Assembly: GCA_022813965.1 (NCBI GenBank)
Contig: JALDZS010000034.1
Coordinates: 1 to 64,000 of the forward strand
Direction: 5' to 3'
DNA length: 64,000 bases
Source of the DNA: Toensbergia leucococca
Taxonomy: Eukaryota
Made by a program: the position numbers and the translations under genes. Below the pieces are notes generated by a model. It was not told the DNA's origin and did no database searches. It saw only the letters and a list, made by a program, of their open reading frames with translations. Positions 37,802 through 50,816 of the stretch are shown in pieces. Position 1 is the stretch's first letter; every line of letters begins with the position of its first letter.

Positions 37802-39973
37802 TCACTTCGGGGACCTAGGTCCGATGATTTGCCGTCTCCCACCAAGTCCAACCCCGTCCGTAATCCCCTTAGCAGCCGCCTCTTTCGTGGCCCTCTGCCC
37901 CTCCTCCCACTCCTGTTGCCGCTGTCTCTCGCGCTCCATCTCGCGCTCGAGGAGCGACTTGGAGGCCCAGGCGCCGGCTTTGGTGGACTGTTGGGAGGCA
38001 AGGCGGCGGGTTGTTTCGGCGGAGGCTTCGGAGGTGCTGGTCAGGCTTAGTTCGGGGGGAAAGTGGGCGGTTGGGGTTTGGGTGGTGGGCGCGGGGTTGG
38101 TGGAGAGGAAGCGAGTGGTGCGGGAGGGGGGGTTGGTATAGGTTGTAGGGTCAGGGAGGGGGCGGGGCGGGAGTGATGCTGGGGTGACTGTGGTAGAAAG
38201 GCTTGGGTTTGGGAGTGGACGATTTGGTTGAGGTGGGGGAGGGGCTTCTGAAGAAGGATTAAGTGAGGGAGATGGGTCGGGGAGGGGGCGAGGGGGTTGA
38301 GGAGGTGGGGCTTCGGACTTTGTAGGAGCGGTTGTGCCAATGGGCTCTGCGTGGTGGTTCTTTGACCATTCTTGGCGGAGATAGTCACGCTCGTCGGCTT
38401 GCCATGAGTCCTCGCTTGACTTGTGTGAGTGTGGGGGTGCATTCGATTTGCCGTTGGGGAATGATTGCTGCGTTTTCTCTTTTTGGCGCTCGTACATGTC
38501 GTGTTCTTCGAGATTATGGCGGTGATAGGAACCTTGTTGATGGAGACGCTCCTGGCGCTCGCGCTCATATTTGGCTTCACGTTCTTTGGCCTTCTCAAGC
38601 TCTTTTTCTAGCTCTTTGACACGCTCACGTTCTTTTGTTCGTTCTGGATCCGCGCTTGGTCGGGTTGGGAGTTGCCGTTGTTCGCTTTGGTATTGGCTTA
38701 GAAATTGGCCCGTTAATCGTGCGTCGCTGCCTGCTCTCTTTCGCTGCCTTTCAAGTTCGAGCTTAGCCTCAATTTCTTTCTCTTCCTGGACCCGAATCTC
38801 TTCTTCCTCCTTCCATTTCCTCTCCTGCTGCTCCCATCGATGCATCTCTTGTTCCGACTCTCTAGCCTCTCGCTCACGTTCTCGTCTTGCTTCTTCTTCC
38901 CACCTTTGCTCTTCGTCTACTCTTTCTCGCTCCTCCTGTGATTCCCTTTCGATCCTTCGCTTATGTTCAGCCTCTTCTGCTTGAACTCTTAATCTCTCCG
39001 TCTCGGACTCCTCTTCACGTCTTTTACGCTCCTTTTCTGCTAGGCTAGGTATTTTTGGCGCAGGCGTCGTGATCTGTCTCCTTCCCCCAAATGTAACACC
39101 CTGATTCCCTTGCGAAGCACCACCCATATAGCTGTAATTGAATGAGTCCACCAATCACAAATTAGTGGGTCCGAGGTACTCGCCCATATTGATGAATATT
39201 CCAAGCTGGCATTGTAGCCCTTATATCGGTCCTCGTACTCCAGCTACTTACACCTCCACCTGCTACAGTTTGTGCACCGCCATTCGCAGACGGCAAGAAA
39301 TTTGAACCACCGAGTTTATTAGGGCTGCTGACTCGCCCTTCTGGTCCCCAACTGGCCTGATTAGATGTAGTCGAGCTGGTATCGCTCACATTGCTTGCAC
39401 CCCTACGCCGCGAATATCCTACACTGCCTGGTAAATTTCCACCTGTGGTCTGGGGGCTCACTACTCCAGCTTTGGTCTTTGGTCCAATGGCTCTTGGAAA
39501 TCTCGCTGGTTGAAGAGCATGTGCTTTTCTGCTGAAGGCTCCAATGCACTGTAATACTTGGGCTGGATCTTTCGCTTCGTAGAGATCCACGGTTTGGAAT
39601 ATATCATGAGGTTGTAGACCTATAGGTGGTGACTGGCACGCTCGGAGATAATGGGATATGTTTTCCATCTGTACAAAAGGCATTGATGAGGCCTTGAAAC
39701 GTACACCTGGAGGGCCAGTGGCGAGATTGACAAGCCTAAATAGTGAATGGTGTTGTGTAAGTGCTGATTTCAGCATCAACGCATTCGCCTTCGAGGATGT
39801 ACAAACTTGCAAAGGGCAATTCCATCTTTCAAAGTTTCAAGCAGATCCCCAGCTGGCATGCGCTCCCCCAGAACCTCTTCAATCCACTCCCTAATTTCGC
39901 TCGCAGCTTGCGGAGTATACTTTCCCAAGCGCATGTTACGTAGATCTTTATCGAGAGAAGACACAGAAGCCAT
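37802..39973 (-). CDS. Calponin-homology (transgelin/SCP1-like) protein with long coiled-coil and Pro-rich tail
   Basis: MASVSSLDKDLRNMRLGKY..LKDGIALC|LVN..MPFVQMENISHYL..FQTVDLYEAKDPAQV; calponin-like repeat YSYMGGASQGNQGVTFGGRRQI. Confidence 0.9.
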
Positions 39974-40099
39974 GACAATGTAGCTCTGCGTTGAATGCGG
40001 ATATTCCAAGAAATGTTGTTGTGTTGCACTTTGGCTTACATTTAGTTATTCTAGCGTTTTTTCTCTGTGAATTACCCGGTGTCCGGCTGAGATGTGATG

Positions 40100-40720
40100 G
40101 GGGTGACAGGGGTTCTATTCTAGCGTATTTTTTTTAGGGGTTGTGGGGTTTTCCACTCAAAACATTATATCTAGAATCAATTCAACGATCATTATGAAAG
40201 CATCACGTACCTCAATTCATCATAGATCTCAGTGAAAGGAGGTCACAACTTGACATAAAGCTAGGTTCTATTATGATGTGATTTCAGGCCTAAAGGCAAG
40301 CCTTTACAGAAGATTTTCAAAGCACATAAGGTAGCTCAGACAACTGAAGAACACTGACTGCAAGCACATCAAAAGCATGACTTAATAGTCACACACAGAA
40401 CTGACAAATGAAGACTTGAAAGACCTTGCAAGATACTGAATTCAGCTCTTAATGATCTTCTTAATTCTGATAAAAATTCTATATAAAATCATTCTCTTAA
40501 GAAGCAACTTCAGTATTATAACATTTCTGATTAGGAATGAGAGGCTATCTAGAAAGGAAATCAGGGCATGCATTGCTGAAATGCCTGATAGATGCAGGCA
40601 GACTATTGAGACTAAAGGCAAGGCTATTAAGTCATGGAAATGGTAGAGAAATGGTAGAGATAGAATGATAAAAATGGGTGGTAACGGTAGAGTTTCCCTC
40701 GCGAAAACCCCTGTCACCCC
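40100..40720 (+). mobile_element. Degraded Tc1/mariner-like transposase fragment bracketed by a 15-bp inverted repeat
   Basis: IRACIAEMPDRCRQTIETKGKAIKS (~40560-40635) resembles the Tc1 transposase C-terminus. AT-rich, CpG-depleted. GGGGTGACAGGGGTT 40100-40114 / AACCCCTGTCACCCC 40706-40720. No TA target duplication seen. Confidence 0.65.
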
Positions 40721-40862
40721 TCGCGTCGACGAGTGCCTCTAAACAACAATTGAAAACCTCGAATGACACTTCCACCCGCCATTTTCATTTTTTTGATGCG
40801 CGAGTTCGGCAAGCGAATCGTGTACTTACAAGAAGCGGAGCGGAGCAAAGCAATGCAAGCCC

Positions 40863-41623
40863 TCATGACCTCCTAGGGGGCCGCGGGGGCGACGGTGTTG
40901 AGGGCGACGGTGTTGGGGGCGGCGGCGTCGTTTTTGTTGCGGCCCTAGATTCATGTTTTGATCTTACTAATAACAATTGAGCAGCTTAGTTACCTCATGC
41001 ACCCCAACGCCGCCATCGTTGGCAAGGGTTTACCCTCATACACTTGACCGTTGAGGTCAATGATGACGGCGTCTGCCGCCTCCTTTGAGGCCATGGTCAC
41101 AAAACCGAACCTCCCTCACAGCGACTATTTTCCTCGTTAGAAAGCTCCGATACAGGAAACAAACATGAGACAAGATTTACTTACGACCGCTACGACAGCC
41201 CCGAAGGGCGCAAACCAGGTCCTCATGACCTCCTCCTTCACTTTCTTTATGTTCCCTCTTCTCAGACATTAGAGAAGAACAGTACGGGATTAAAGCAGCT
41301 CGACATACCCGAGGAACACGCATGTGCCCTCCCGCACGGCCAACAGCCGTGCGGCCTCGGCCGCCTCCAACATCCTCCCTCTGTCCACCCCCTCTCTCAC
41401 CGCCTGTCGGTGAGCCTGCCTGGCTCCTCCCCTCCCCTATATCTCACATTCTTGTCAGCCGCTAATAGTCTATACATAAATTCTCTATAGTTGGACCTAC
41501 ACCACGGTCGCGGCCGCGGCCGCCGCTGAATACTTTGCCATTTCCTATATTGAAGACTACACCTGGCCCAAAATTTGTCTCTGGAGGGAAGAGGGAAGAC
41601 AGGTTGACTGGCAGGCCGGACAT
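40863..41623 (-). pseudogene. Small RGG + RRM RNA-binding protein gene (5 exons) with one in-frame TGA
   Basis: MSGLPVN..GGRGRDRG|GRGGAR..TCVFLG|GNIKKVKEEVMRTWFAPFGAVVAV|SL*GRFGFVTMASKEAADAVIIDLNGQVYEGKPL..|Pro-rich tail. All four introns are GT-AG. Stop at 41118-41116. Confidence 0.78.
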
Positions 41624-42039
41624 CTACGATATTCAATATCAATCAGCAAGTCACATACACAGAGAAGTCATAGGCAAGAATGTATAGGGTAAGGTATTGG
41701 GGAGACGTCAGGCTTTAGTCGTCAACGACCTCGCAGAAAGTGCTTTGCTCGCATCCAATTACTTCGGAAAAAGCAGAGTGAACGAGGTCATCACAAGGTG
41801 CCAGAACTTCTCACTAGGATACATTATGTCTGGACAAACTAAGGGTCTTTAACAGCCATGGAAAACAATCAAACAGAACGAAAAGTCAAGGAAACAGAAG
41901 AACAGCTTGCGGAGATGGGACCAGACGAAATTCGGATTCAGTTGGACTTGAGAGAGAGCACACTTTGTATGCTGGGAAACCTAAGAACTTACTGTTGGTA
42001 TGCTTATGATGCGAGTGGTCGACGTCTCCAAATTAATCG

Positions 42040-43278
42040 AGGTTTGTGAGCTTGTCAGTTGTTGCCCAATACCAATCTTGACTCCTGGTAGTCTTACACT
42101 CACAACAGACTTGACTTCCCTTTCGAGGAGAATATGTCGGTTGTAAGAGCTGGTATGCATTGTTCATACCTTTGAAGTTCGCCTTGAGCAAATCAGGAGG
42201 AAAACATTCTTGCGCCCATTGAATTGATGCTGGAGTACAGAATTCTTGCGAATCTCGATCTCTGTCAGTCCATTGGTTTTGAATATGATTGTAAGAAGAT
42301 CGTCATGATCTTCTTCAGCAAATAAACATATGTCTGTGGGACAGAGCCATTTTTGAAAAGGGCAAGAAGACGGAGGTTCATTTTGACATTGGTCTTACAA
42401 GATACTGTTCGTGCTGTCCAGTCTGTCTACCAGTAGTTCTGCTTTTATGTATTTTCTCATAACATTGTAGACGTTTTTTGATACCTCTTTGAGAATTTGA
42501 ACCGCCAACATAAGGCTCATACTCATCGGTATTAGTGATACCGGGCCTAGTAAGGATATCACAGTATACAGCCCAATCTTCAAGACCTGTTAGTCCGATG
42601 GTAGATCAAGAAGATCATCTTTCTTGAAGCTTTTCTGACCAAGAACAAGCTTCACCTCAAGTAAGATGGCGGGAGAATACATCTGCATAAATGTGTCAAC
42701 AGATGTTGCCATAATGAAATTTGCCCAATGGATAGAGAGTGGCCTGTCATTGCTTCGAACTATTGGCTGCTTGTAATTCACTGCAGCTACTAGTCGCTTT
42801 AAAGTATTGAGGACATAGAGAAGATGGGTGTTAAACCGATCAATTCGATCTACAATCAGGATCACTTTGTTAATCTTGTTTGATCAAAGACGTAAGTGTG
42901 AGACAGACCTTGTGCTTCAGCTAGAGCGATGTTGCTCAGCTTCTCACTTGTCTTCTTGACGTCTTCATCAGAGCCATCTTCTATCTCGGCCTCCGAGTCA
43001 GGAATTTCTCGAATTTCAAGATTCTCTCTGTCTCCATTGTACGACTTATCTGAATCTGAATCATATTCCTCAAAAGGACAGACCGCTTGACGTTCATCAT
43101 CGGTCAACTCTTCATCTGTTTCGTTGACATAATCATTGTTGACGAGGTCAAGATTGTGAGCGAATTCTTCTTCATCCACCTGACGGCTGGGACGGCCTTT
43201 TTTGATAGGCGAGGGGGCACTCACGTCCTCATCACTCTCTACTACACACGCACGCTTTGTATCTTTCTTTAAAGGCAT
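42040..43278 (-). pseudogene. Disrupted gene with acidic N-terminus, GIY-YIG-like nuclease motif and start of a GATA-type zinc finger
   Basis: After an intron (~42908-42851): ..DLPSD*QVLKIGLY/frameshift/DILTRPGITNTDEYEPYVGGSNSQRGIKKRLQCY..MNLRLLALF..YVYLLKKIMTIFLQS..KGMNNAYQLLQ..VCCECKTTRSQDWY. Stops and frameshifts present. Confidence 0.6.
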
Positions 43279-43404
43279 TTTGAAAAAGCTGAGAGATGTG
43301 GATAATGTTTAAGAGAGTATGCTTCTTACTTTTCTGTTGGGCTGCTCATAAATAGTGAATGATAGGCATTTTCATTTAGTCCTAGAAGTCTGCTTTTCTG
43401 TCAT

Positions 43405-43511
43405 GGTCACTTCGTCTAGAAGCTGTTGTATTCATAATGTTAGGGTCACTTCGTTTAGAAGCTGTCGAATTCATAATGTTAGGGTCACTTCGTCTAGAAG
43501 CTGTCGAATTC
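43405..43511. repeat. 39-bp tandem repeat, ~2.7 copies
   Basis: Unit GGTCACTTCGTCTAGAAGCTGTCGAATTCATAATGTTAG starting at 43405, 43444 and 43483. Confidence 0.92.
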
Positions 43512-43877
43512 TTTGGAAGGACTAGCTACGTGCTGCCTTCCTCACCTCACGGTGACATTGTGTCGCGTTGCTTGTTTTTATCATTTGTAGGCGTTGTTAA
43601 AGGAAAGGGTGTGATGTGGAACAAGTAAGGGATATTTCCAAACCATTGAATTGAGTCATGAATAGCTTGATGAATTGTGTGGGTTTTTCAATTGCTGCCT
43701 TTAACATCCAGCTAGACGAGTATGTTGAACGTCCACCTCGACGTAGAGTACTGATCTTGATGATAAGACAAATACTTACGGATAGGTAATGAGGTGATTA
43801 CTAATGTGATTACTAAATTCATGCAAATCAACGTTTTGTTCAAAACTCAGAGAACAATTCAGTCACTTGGTAAATAC

Positions 43878-44487
43878 ATGTCTTCTTCATCCCTCGGTCC
43901 ACTCAAACAACTCTGGTTCAAATGGAAGAGCTTAAAGCTCCCTTGGCGAAGACGCTGGCTGGCCGGTAGAGACCTACGCGGTAACACATACTGGTACTTC
44001 CAGCCCACCTCCTCCGCTCGTCCCCGCCGCCTCGCCCAATCCGATCCCCTCGTCCCCTACTCTGACATCCAAATCACTCGTATGATTAACAATCCTCCCG
44101 TCACAAAAATTTCCGCTAACCAACCCACTTTCCCAAACAGCACAATGGCACCAATGGTTACGATACACGAGACCTCTACCGCCGAGTATACCAGAACAGC
44201 AAGCGGATCTCGTGCGGCAAAGAGATCTTAAATACCTAGCCCGAGCTGCTGATGAGCGCTGGGCAGCAAAGCCATCGGTATTGGATAAGCCGCCTGGAAG
44301 CACAGCAGGCGCGTTAAGCGAAAATAAAGAGATCAATCCAATTGGACAGGTATCGAGGCTGGAAGGGGGACAGCGCCTTGTGGAGGAGAGAAAGAAGGGC
44401 AAAGCCAATCCTTGGAAGGTGCGGACAGGGAAGGCAGGAGAAGAATGGCAACCAGAGGCCTGGTCGCCAGGGGAAAGAAAGATATGA
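43878..44487 (+). CDS. Complex I NDUFA12-family protein (NDUFAF2/B17.2L-like assembly factor), 2 exons
   Basis: WKSLKLPWRRRWLAGRDLRGNTYW, PQWHQWLRYTRPLPPSIPEQ, AADERWAAKPS, EEWQPEAWSP. Confidence 0.85.
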
Positions 44488-44875
44488 GGCGTATTGGAAT
44501 GGTAGCAATTCAAAGAAACATTACGAGAAGTGGAATGCAAATCACTCAATCACAATGCACACTTGATTATTGCTCCTCACTTCGCTCACCATTAGCCTAT
44601 CAAAGTGTCTGGTTATACGAACACTTGGTACTGCCCATTCTCCAAATGTGTCTGGTATTTTCAATAGCGGAGTATAAATATCTAAAACAAATGTGAAGAG
44701 TGTCCTTTACAATAGCATCTCCAAGATTTATCCTGATTGCTGAAAAACACGTGAAATCCACATTGTAAACCAAAGGGGAATCATCGCTTCAATATTCAAA
44801 AGTCATGGAGAGCCCAAGAGTAGCCGACTCCTCGCATCCCAGAACTGCAAAGTCTTCAACGAATCATGGACGGGA

Positions 44876-47800
44876 CTAAGCAAACCCAGTGTTCTTCTTC
44901 TTTCTAGAAAACATTTTGATAAACCCACTCTCTTCCTTCGTGTTACCAGGATTGGGCGTGAAAGGCTGTGTCGTAGTCATGGGTGGTTCGGAGTTCATTA
45001 GAAATGCGGCAAGGTCATTAGAACTGCTTCCCACGTCGCGCTCCGAACGTGCTTGGGGCATTCGGCCTGTTCGAGCTATGGACCCATTGCGTTCACGATC
45101 CACGTGAGCTGCATAGGTAGGCCGAGTTGGCTTATACATGTCGAGCTTACTGCCAACTTGGCTGATTAGGTGAGGCGAAGTTGCCCTGGGATCCAACGGA
45201 GGCAGCTGTGGCGTTTCGCCTCTACTCGATGGCGCAGATGCCGTCTGAAGGTTCTTCGTCTGTGTGGGCTTTGTATTGTAGCTGGAGGAAACGGACGGGT
45301 TGAAGCGGTTGCGAGAGTCTGGTCCGTTTGATCTATTCTGTAATGCCTTTCCATTCGACTTTGGCAAGACATCGGAAGACGAAGGGACGCCATTAGCAGG
45401 TTCATGAGATAGCTCACTGCGGAGAAAATCGAGAAGACTCTCTTGGTCCCTCTTCGGCTTTGATGTACCTACAACGGCATTTTCTTCATCACTATCGGAC
45501 TCAAGCGCATATGGATCTTTGACTCTTCGCTGCTTACGCACAGGATGAGGTGTCTCGTCAGATTGTGGCGCCCTCTGCCCCGACGATGCCAGCATAGCGT
45601 GTTTGGCGCTCAATCTATTGGATTTGTCCAGAAGCCCCGTCCTAGAATTAGAGGACGAATGTCGAGATTTTGTTTGCATTGATCCATCCTGCGTACTGGC
45701 TACCGAGCTAGGATATGCGGCACTTTTAGTGCTCCCATGGGCGAGGTCATGAATCTCATCAGAATCCATAGTCCTACGAAAAGGGGCCACTGTTCGTGGG
45801 ATCCGGTGGCTACCACTGCCTCGATCATGAGGAGGTCCTTGTCGGATAAAATCAATAAGATCAGAAGTCTGATCTCCGTAAGGCACCGTGGGCTCACGCG
45901 GCTCGAGGCGACCTTCTTGCCTTTTGAGTGAGCCAGACTCCGCTCTTTTTGACGAAGCCATTGGATTAACCGCGTTCGGTGACCTTCTCGTCTTCCTTGG
46001 ATTTGCTACTTCTGACGTTGGCACAACTCGTGGAGTGGTGACTGTAGCCAAGTCTGAACGAGTTGCTGTTATCGGCTGTGGTGCTGGATTTGGCGTAATG
46101 CTTTTTGTTTTATGCTCTGGTCCGGTGGATCGAATGAAATCTGCAAAGTCTCTCGTATTCTCTTCCTGGACCCTTGCTTCCCGAGGGATAGAATGACCTG
46201 ATCGAGCACTTGCAGGTCGTGGGGATGCATTCACTGGTGCTTTCACAACACCTAATGACGTTCCGTCTGGGATAGGCGATACAGTCTGCTTCGCACTGGC
46301 AACGGGATTGGATCTGAGGCCATTCAAACCTTTGACTGAAGCTGGCGAGCGCCCAGTTGAAGGTCGAGCAGGCTCTTCACTCACAGGGGCTGCATTGCGG
46401 ATAAAATCCGCAGTGGCCGCGGTTTCTGGCAATTTATTTGAAGTCCATCTTGGGGAGTCAGGTGCCTATGTCAAAGTAAGCCAGGGGTCATTGCATGCGA
46501 AAATACAATTACAACTCTCACCTCCATTTCCCGCATGTTCTGTGGAGTCAGTGTGTACTGTATGGTTTCATCACTTTTGATAAGTTGTTCGAAGCTTCTT
46601 TGTTTGTCATCTGCCCTTGGGCTTTTCTGAGAGACTTTATCGCTGATCATACTCGCACTACCGTCACTCGATGTCCGCATTGGCATTGACGGCTTGCTAC
46701 CATCACCAGATTGCCATGCCATAAGGTTCTTCAACTTCTGAGGCACTCGTGAGGTGTCTGACCCGGAAGTGTGAGTTGGCCGCCCATCGCGACTACTGCT
46801 CGTCGATCTCCGACTTCGCGGTGTCACCGGTTCTCGACCATTGATCGCAGAAGGAGAAACACGCTGCACTGTTGCTCGTTCTGTACCAGTGTTGACCGGT
46901 GGAAGTTGATGCCGTAGATCAGAAAGTTTGCTCCCACCTGAGAATTGGTTTGTATATGAGGATTTTGATGATGGGAGTGACCCAGACTTTGCGAGCCCTG
47001 AATGTTGTAGCTTAGACGAAGTACGACTAGGAAGTGCAGCTGGCGGATCATCCGGATTATCTCGAGCGGCGTAGAGCAGCTCTTGCGGTTGCGTAAAAGG
47101 CGAAAGGCTACTTTCAGGACCCGTAACTCGAGCAGATGCAACTGGACGAGACCAGAGCGTACCATCAGGTTGCAAGTCTCTCCCAGAAAGTGATGAATTG
47201 CCCGAACTTCGCTCGCTACGAGACGCGGGTGCAGGTTCCAATACGAAAGGAGACTTGCGTTTTACAGTGCTCGCCATCTGCTGTACAGGTGGGGATTGTG
47301 TGTTCTCAGAATCCGCGCGAGACCGACGCCCTTGCATGGGCGTTACGTTCACAACATCACCATCTTGCGTAAGAATCCTAGGCTCCTTTGCTTCATCAAA
47401 AGGTGCAGGATCTCTTTGAGATGAAGGGCGAGAGTTGGGCTTAAAAGTTCCCTTTGACCTGATATCGGCATCTCCAGGGTCCATGGCCAGGACAGCCCTT
47501 CCCTCTGCTATTGGCTGAGACAGTCCTCTCTCATCATTTGTATAACTGTACACACTAGATGCAATCCGAGATGATGTCTGCAATGGCTCTTCTGGATTGC
47601 GATTCCCGTCAGTAGCTGTCACCGCTCGCTGGAGGTCACAACCACCCGTGTTATTGACAACATCATTGGTTGATTCTTGAGTAGCATGCTGATGCAAGAA
47701 CCTTGGCGAAGTTTCGGCGGCCAGAAAAGATGAATCATTCGGCATGATAACACTACTTTCAGGCTTGATGACAGCCTCTGTGCCATGCTGTCCGTCATTA

Positions 47801-49260
47801 AGGTCAGCATTGCCATTCCTTACTGTCTTTTCTTGACGTCTTTCATACAGTTCGGAATCAGGACTTTCTGGTGGAGTTGAGGCCAATGATCGTCTCGATT
47901 CATCATCTAGTGGAGAGACATAGCCTGACTGCTGTGAAGGCGGCAAAGAGGAAGAGCGGTAGCGGCCCAAGGAAGTCATACGCTCTACGTTGGTATGCGA
48001 CATATTATCCATACTGTATTGATCTGGCAGCATCGGGGATGGCGGATCCAGAGGAAAGACGGCCAAGCTATAAGGTCGGGTTGAGTCACTGTGGTGCACT
48101 AGTCTTCCTCTCTGAGAAGCCGGAATTGATGAGTAACCAGGCACTTCGATCTCTGCCACGTCATTGTCTGACAGAGGAAGAGGTATTGAGGCTGGCCCGA
48201 TCCCGTGGAGGGCTTCGGCCGCGGAAAACCCTTGATTAAAATCAGACCTAGGACTAACGTCCTCTGCGTCGGTCAAGCTAGCATTTCTATTTGGATTACT
48301 AGCGGAGCTTGACATGGCTCTCCTTTGTAGCGATTCCTGAGATAGCGGTCTTGGTTTTGAGAGACTTGGAGATCTTACACGTTTCCTCCATGATCTCCAT
48401 AGACGGCCTAGAGTAGGATTAAGGACGACCTTCTCCACATCTTTTTCCTCTACGACCACTCTCTGAGGTCCGTTGGGTCGCAAGGATCTGCGCTTGTTGG
48501 CGCGAAAGTGGGTTGATTGCAGTCTGTTTGAGACAGCTTCGCCGGCCACAATGAGTACGTGCTCGCCAATAAATTCAAGGATAGATGTTAAGAATATCGC
48601 TGCTGCTGGAGAGACAATTCCTAAGTCTCTGGACAACCTATGAGGGCCTTGAGTTCCATCTTCCAAGTGATCCCTCTCAATGTAGATTTCTTCGTCTTCT
48701 TCTTCCAAGTCACCCAAACGGGTGTATACCATACATCTCAGACGAGTCCTTTTCCATACCAAATTCAGGTCCCAGGTACTAATGGGTTCCTGGCCATTAT
48801 GAAACGCCGATAATTCCTCCTCGTCTCCACCGCCAAGGAACTCTTGGAGTTCCTCATCTGCGCCCAGAATTGCCTCCCGAGCAAGCCGTGGCTTTAGAAC
48901 TTCTGATACCGCGGGCCTCAATGAAAGGAGGGAGGTCGATCGAGCACTAGCCAGAAAGCTGAATAGTAGCTGATCGAGAAAAGCGTTGATAAGGATCAGA
49001 GACGCAGGTGATACCAGCGCAGTCTCTGTATGCTTGTTCCCTGCGTCATCAAACCAACAGCTGGTTAAGCTCGGATGCTCGCTAGTGACAAGCTGCGAAG
49101 CAGCGGAAACTGCAATGTATGCGGGATCAGGGTCGACAGAAGGCGGCGGGGCAAGAGACGAAGTGTTGGACATCCAAGAAGCATCGCTAGAAGAGCTTTG
49201 AGTTCTCTGTAATGGCGCGGACCCAAGATCCAAGCCTTCGGAGGGCGGAAATCGACGCAT
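44876..49260 (-). CDS. Large conserved-type fungal hypothetical protein (~1440 aa, 2 exons; helical N-terminal domain, Ser/Pro-rich disordered remainder)
   Basis: 951-aa and 518-aa ORFs joined by a GT-AG intron near 46520-46465; recurring DFADFIRST / DLIDFIRQG / SLLDFLRSE / DLAAFLMNS motifs. Start codon uncertain. Confidence 0.8.
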
Positions 49261-50816
49261 GCCGTGGTGAAGCACAGGAATCGACTGCAGTCTCGTTATA
49301 CCAGGGAAAAGTCGCAAAGGATCCAAGAGCTTTGGTGGAAAATGGCTTAGATATAAGAATAGGACATGTTGTTAAAGCGAGAAGCAGCGCACGATGCTGG
49401 AGTAAGAGTAGGAACCAAGTAAAGCAACGGTCCAAGCGTCCGGCCTTAAGTAGATGGAATAGCGTGGTTCATTTCAAGATGTAATACGCATGTAGCAAGT
49501 ACTCTGGTGGATGACAGGAACAATAGGTAGTTGACGGTGGGTACCTTAAGGTAACTTTTATTTGGGGGTAGTAGCATCTGTCTTGAACCTAAATTGGAAG
49601 TTGAGCCAGGGTTGATATTAATTCTTGAACTAGGGCGGGGGGCGGGTTCTCGGGGTTAAGCATAATTTACGGATGTTCTCTACAACGATTGATAGAATCG
49701 AGGAATATAATGACGGACGGAACGCTGACAATACTACAGAGTATCCTTTGTCAACTTCGTATAAGTGAGAAGGAGGAAGGCCTCCGGTGTAGAATATGAC
49801 TGAAATCAAGTCGTAGGATTCGTGGCACACCGAGGCACATCTAGCTACGTTACCTTCCTCGGTTCGTATTCAACCTCCCTTATGTACTCCTCGACTGCTT
49901 CTCTATCCGTAAAATGACTCAATGTAGAATAGGTATAATAGTGAATAGCTAGGTATCGATAATTCCACCCTCACTAGATAAAACATGGATCCCGAGTATT
50001 ACATTACACTAGACCAAGATGCTCTTCCCATCCGAGCCATCCTCCCATCCAATTCAGGTTCTTGGCGGATGAGCTTTTTCTTCTTGCGCCGTTAACACAA
50101 CGCTACGAGATTCATCCGTGGACTGAAAAAGTGCTCAATTTTGGTAGGCGAGGCAGGGAACGGCCCGGGGGCGTATTCTAACGCATCTGCGCAACTGGGT
50201 GTGACTGGGTAGACAAGTTTCATAAGCTCGTCCTGCGTCTGCACTAGGTATTCCGTATGCGCTCTTGTACGTATGTGGATTGAAAAGGGGCGTAGACCCG
50301 CATCTTTTTCACCCCACTCCTCCTAGAAATTCCCCTTAGAAAATCGATGATCATGTGTTAGCTTATTTCGTTAAGTCATTGCTCAACCGCATTTGGATAG
50401 CTCTGCACATCTAATTTCCGTTCAATCTTGACTTCAATCATCGCCTGTACTAAAGACTGATCATCATTATTGTCGCAAGTTTGCTCCACACACAGCACTA
50501 CCCAACGCAATTTATTCTCTCTCAAACAGAGCTTGGTCATTTCATAGATGACGAAAAGATTCAAAGACGTCTTTCATGTTTCTAACTCTACCTTTCTCAA
50601 ACTGTGGCAGCCAGGTTGTCACACTAATACGTTCATTTGGCGTCACTCAGAAACTGTATTTTTGTGTTTTTGCGCGTTGATTGAAATAAGAAAAAGAATC
50701 TCATTGCTATCAAGGTACTCCACATCTTACTAAAGTGTTCTACCAGCCTTACAAGCAAACTTCATAGTGACAAGGCCTATCTAAAGTTAGCATGGAGATC
50801 TTTGGACGCTTCGAAT

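Noticed and set aside
40740..43705. Weak inverted similarity CAATTGAAAACC (~40747) vs GGTTTTTCAATTG (~43682) as island termini
   Set aside because: Too short and does not extend; compatible with chance.
50090..50570. Possible minus-strand exons (~75 open codons after a CTAG acceptor)
   Set aside because: No start or recognisable domain; cannot support a gene call.
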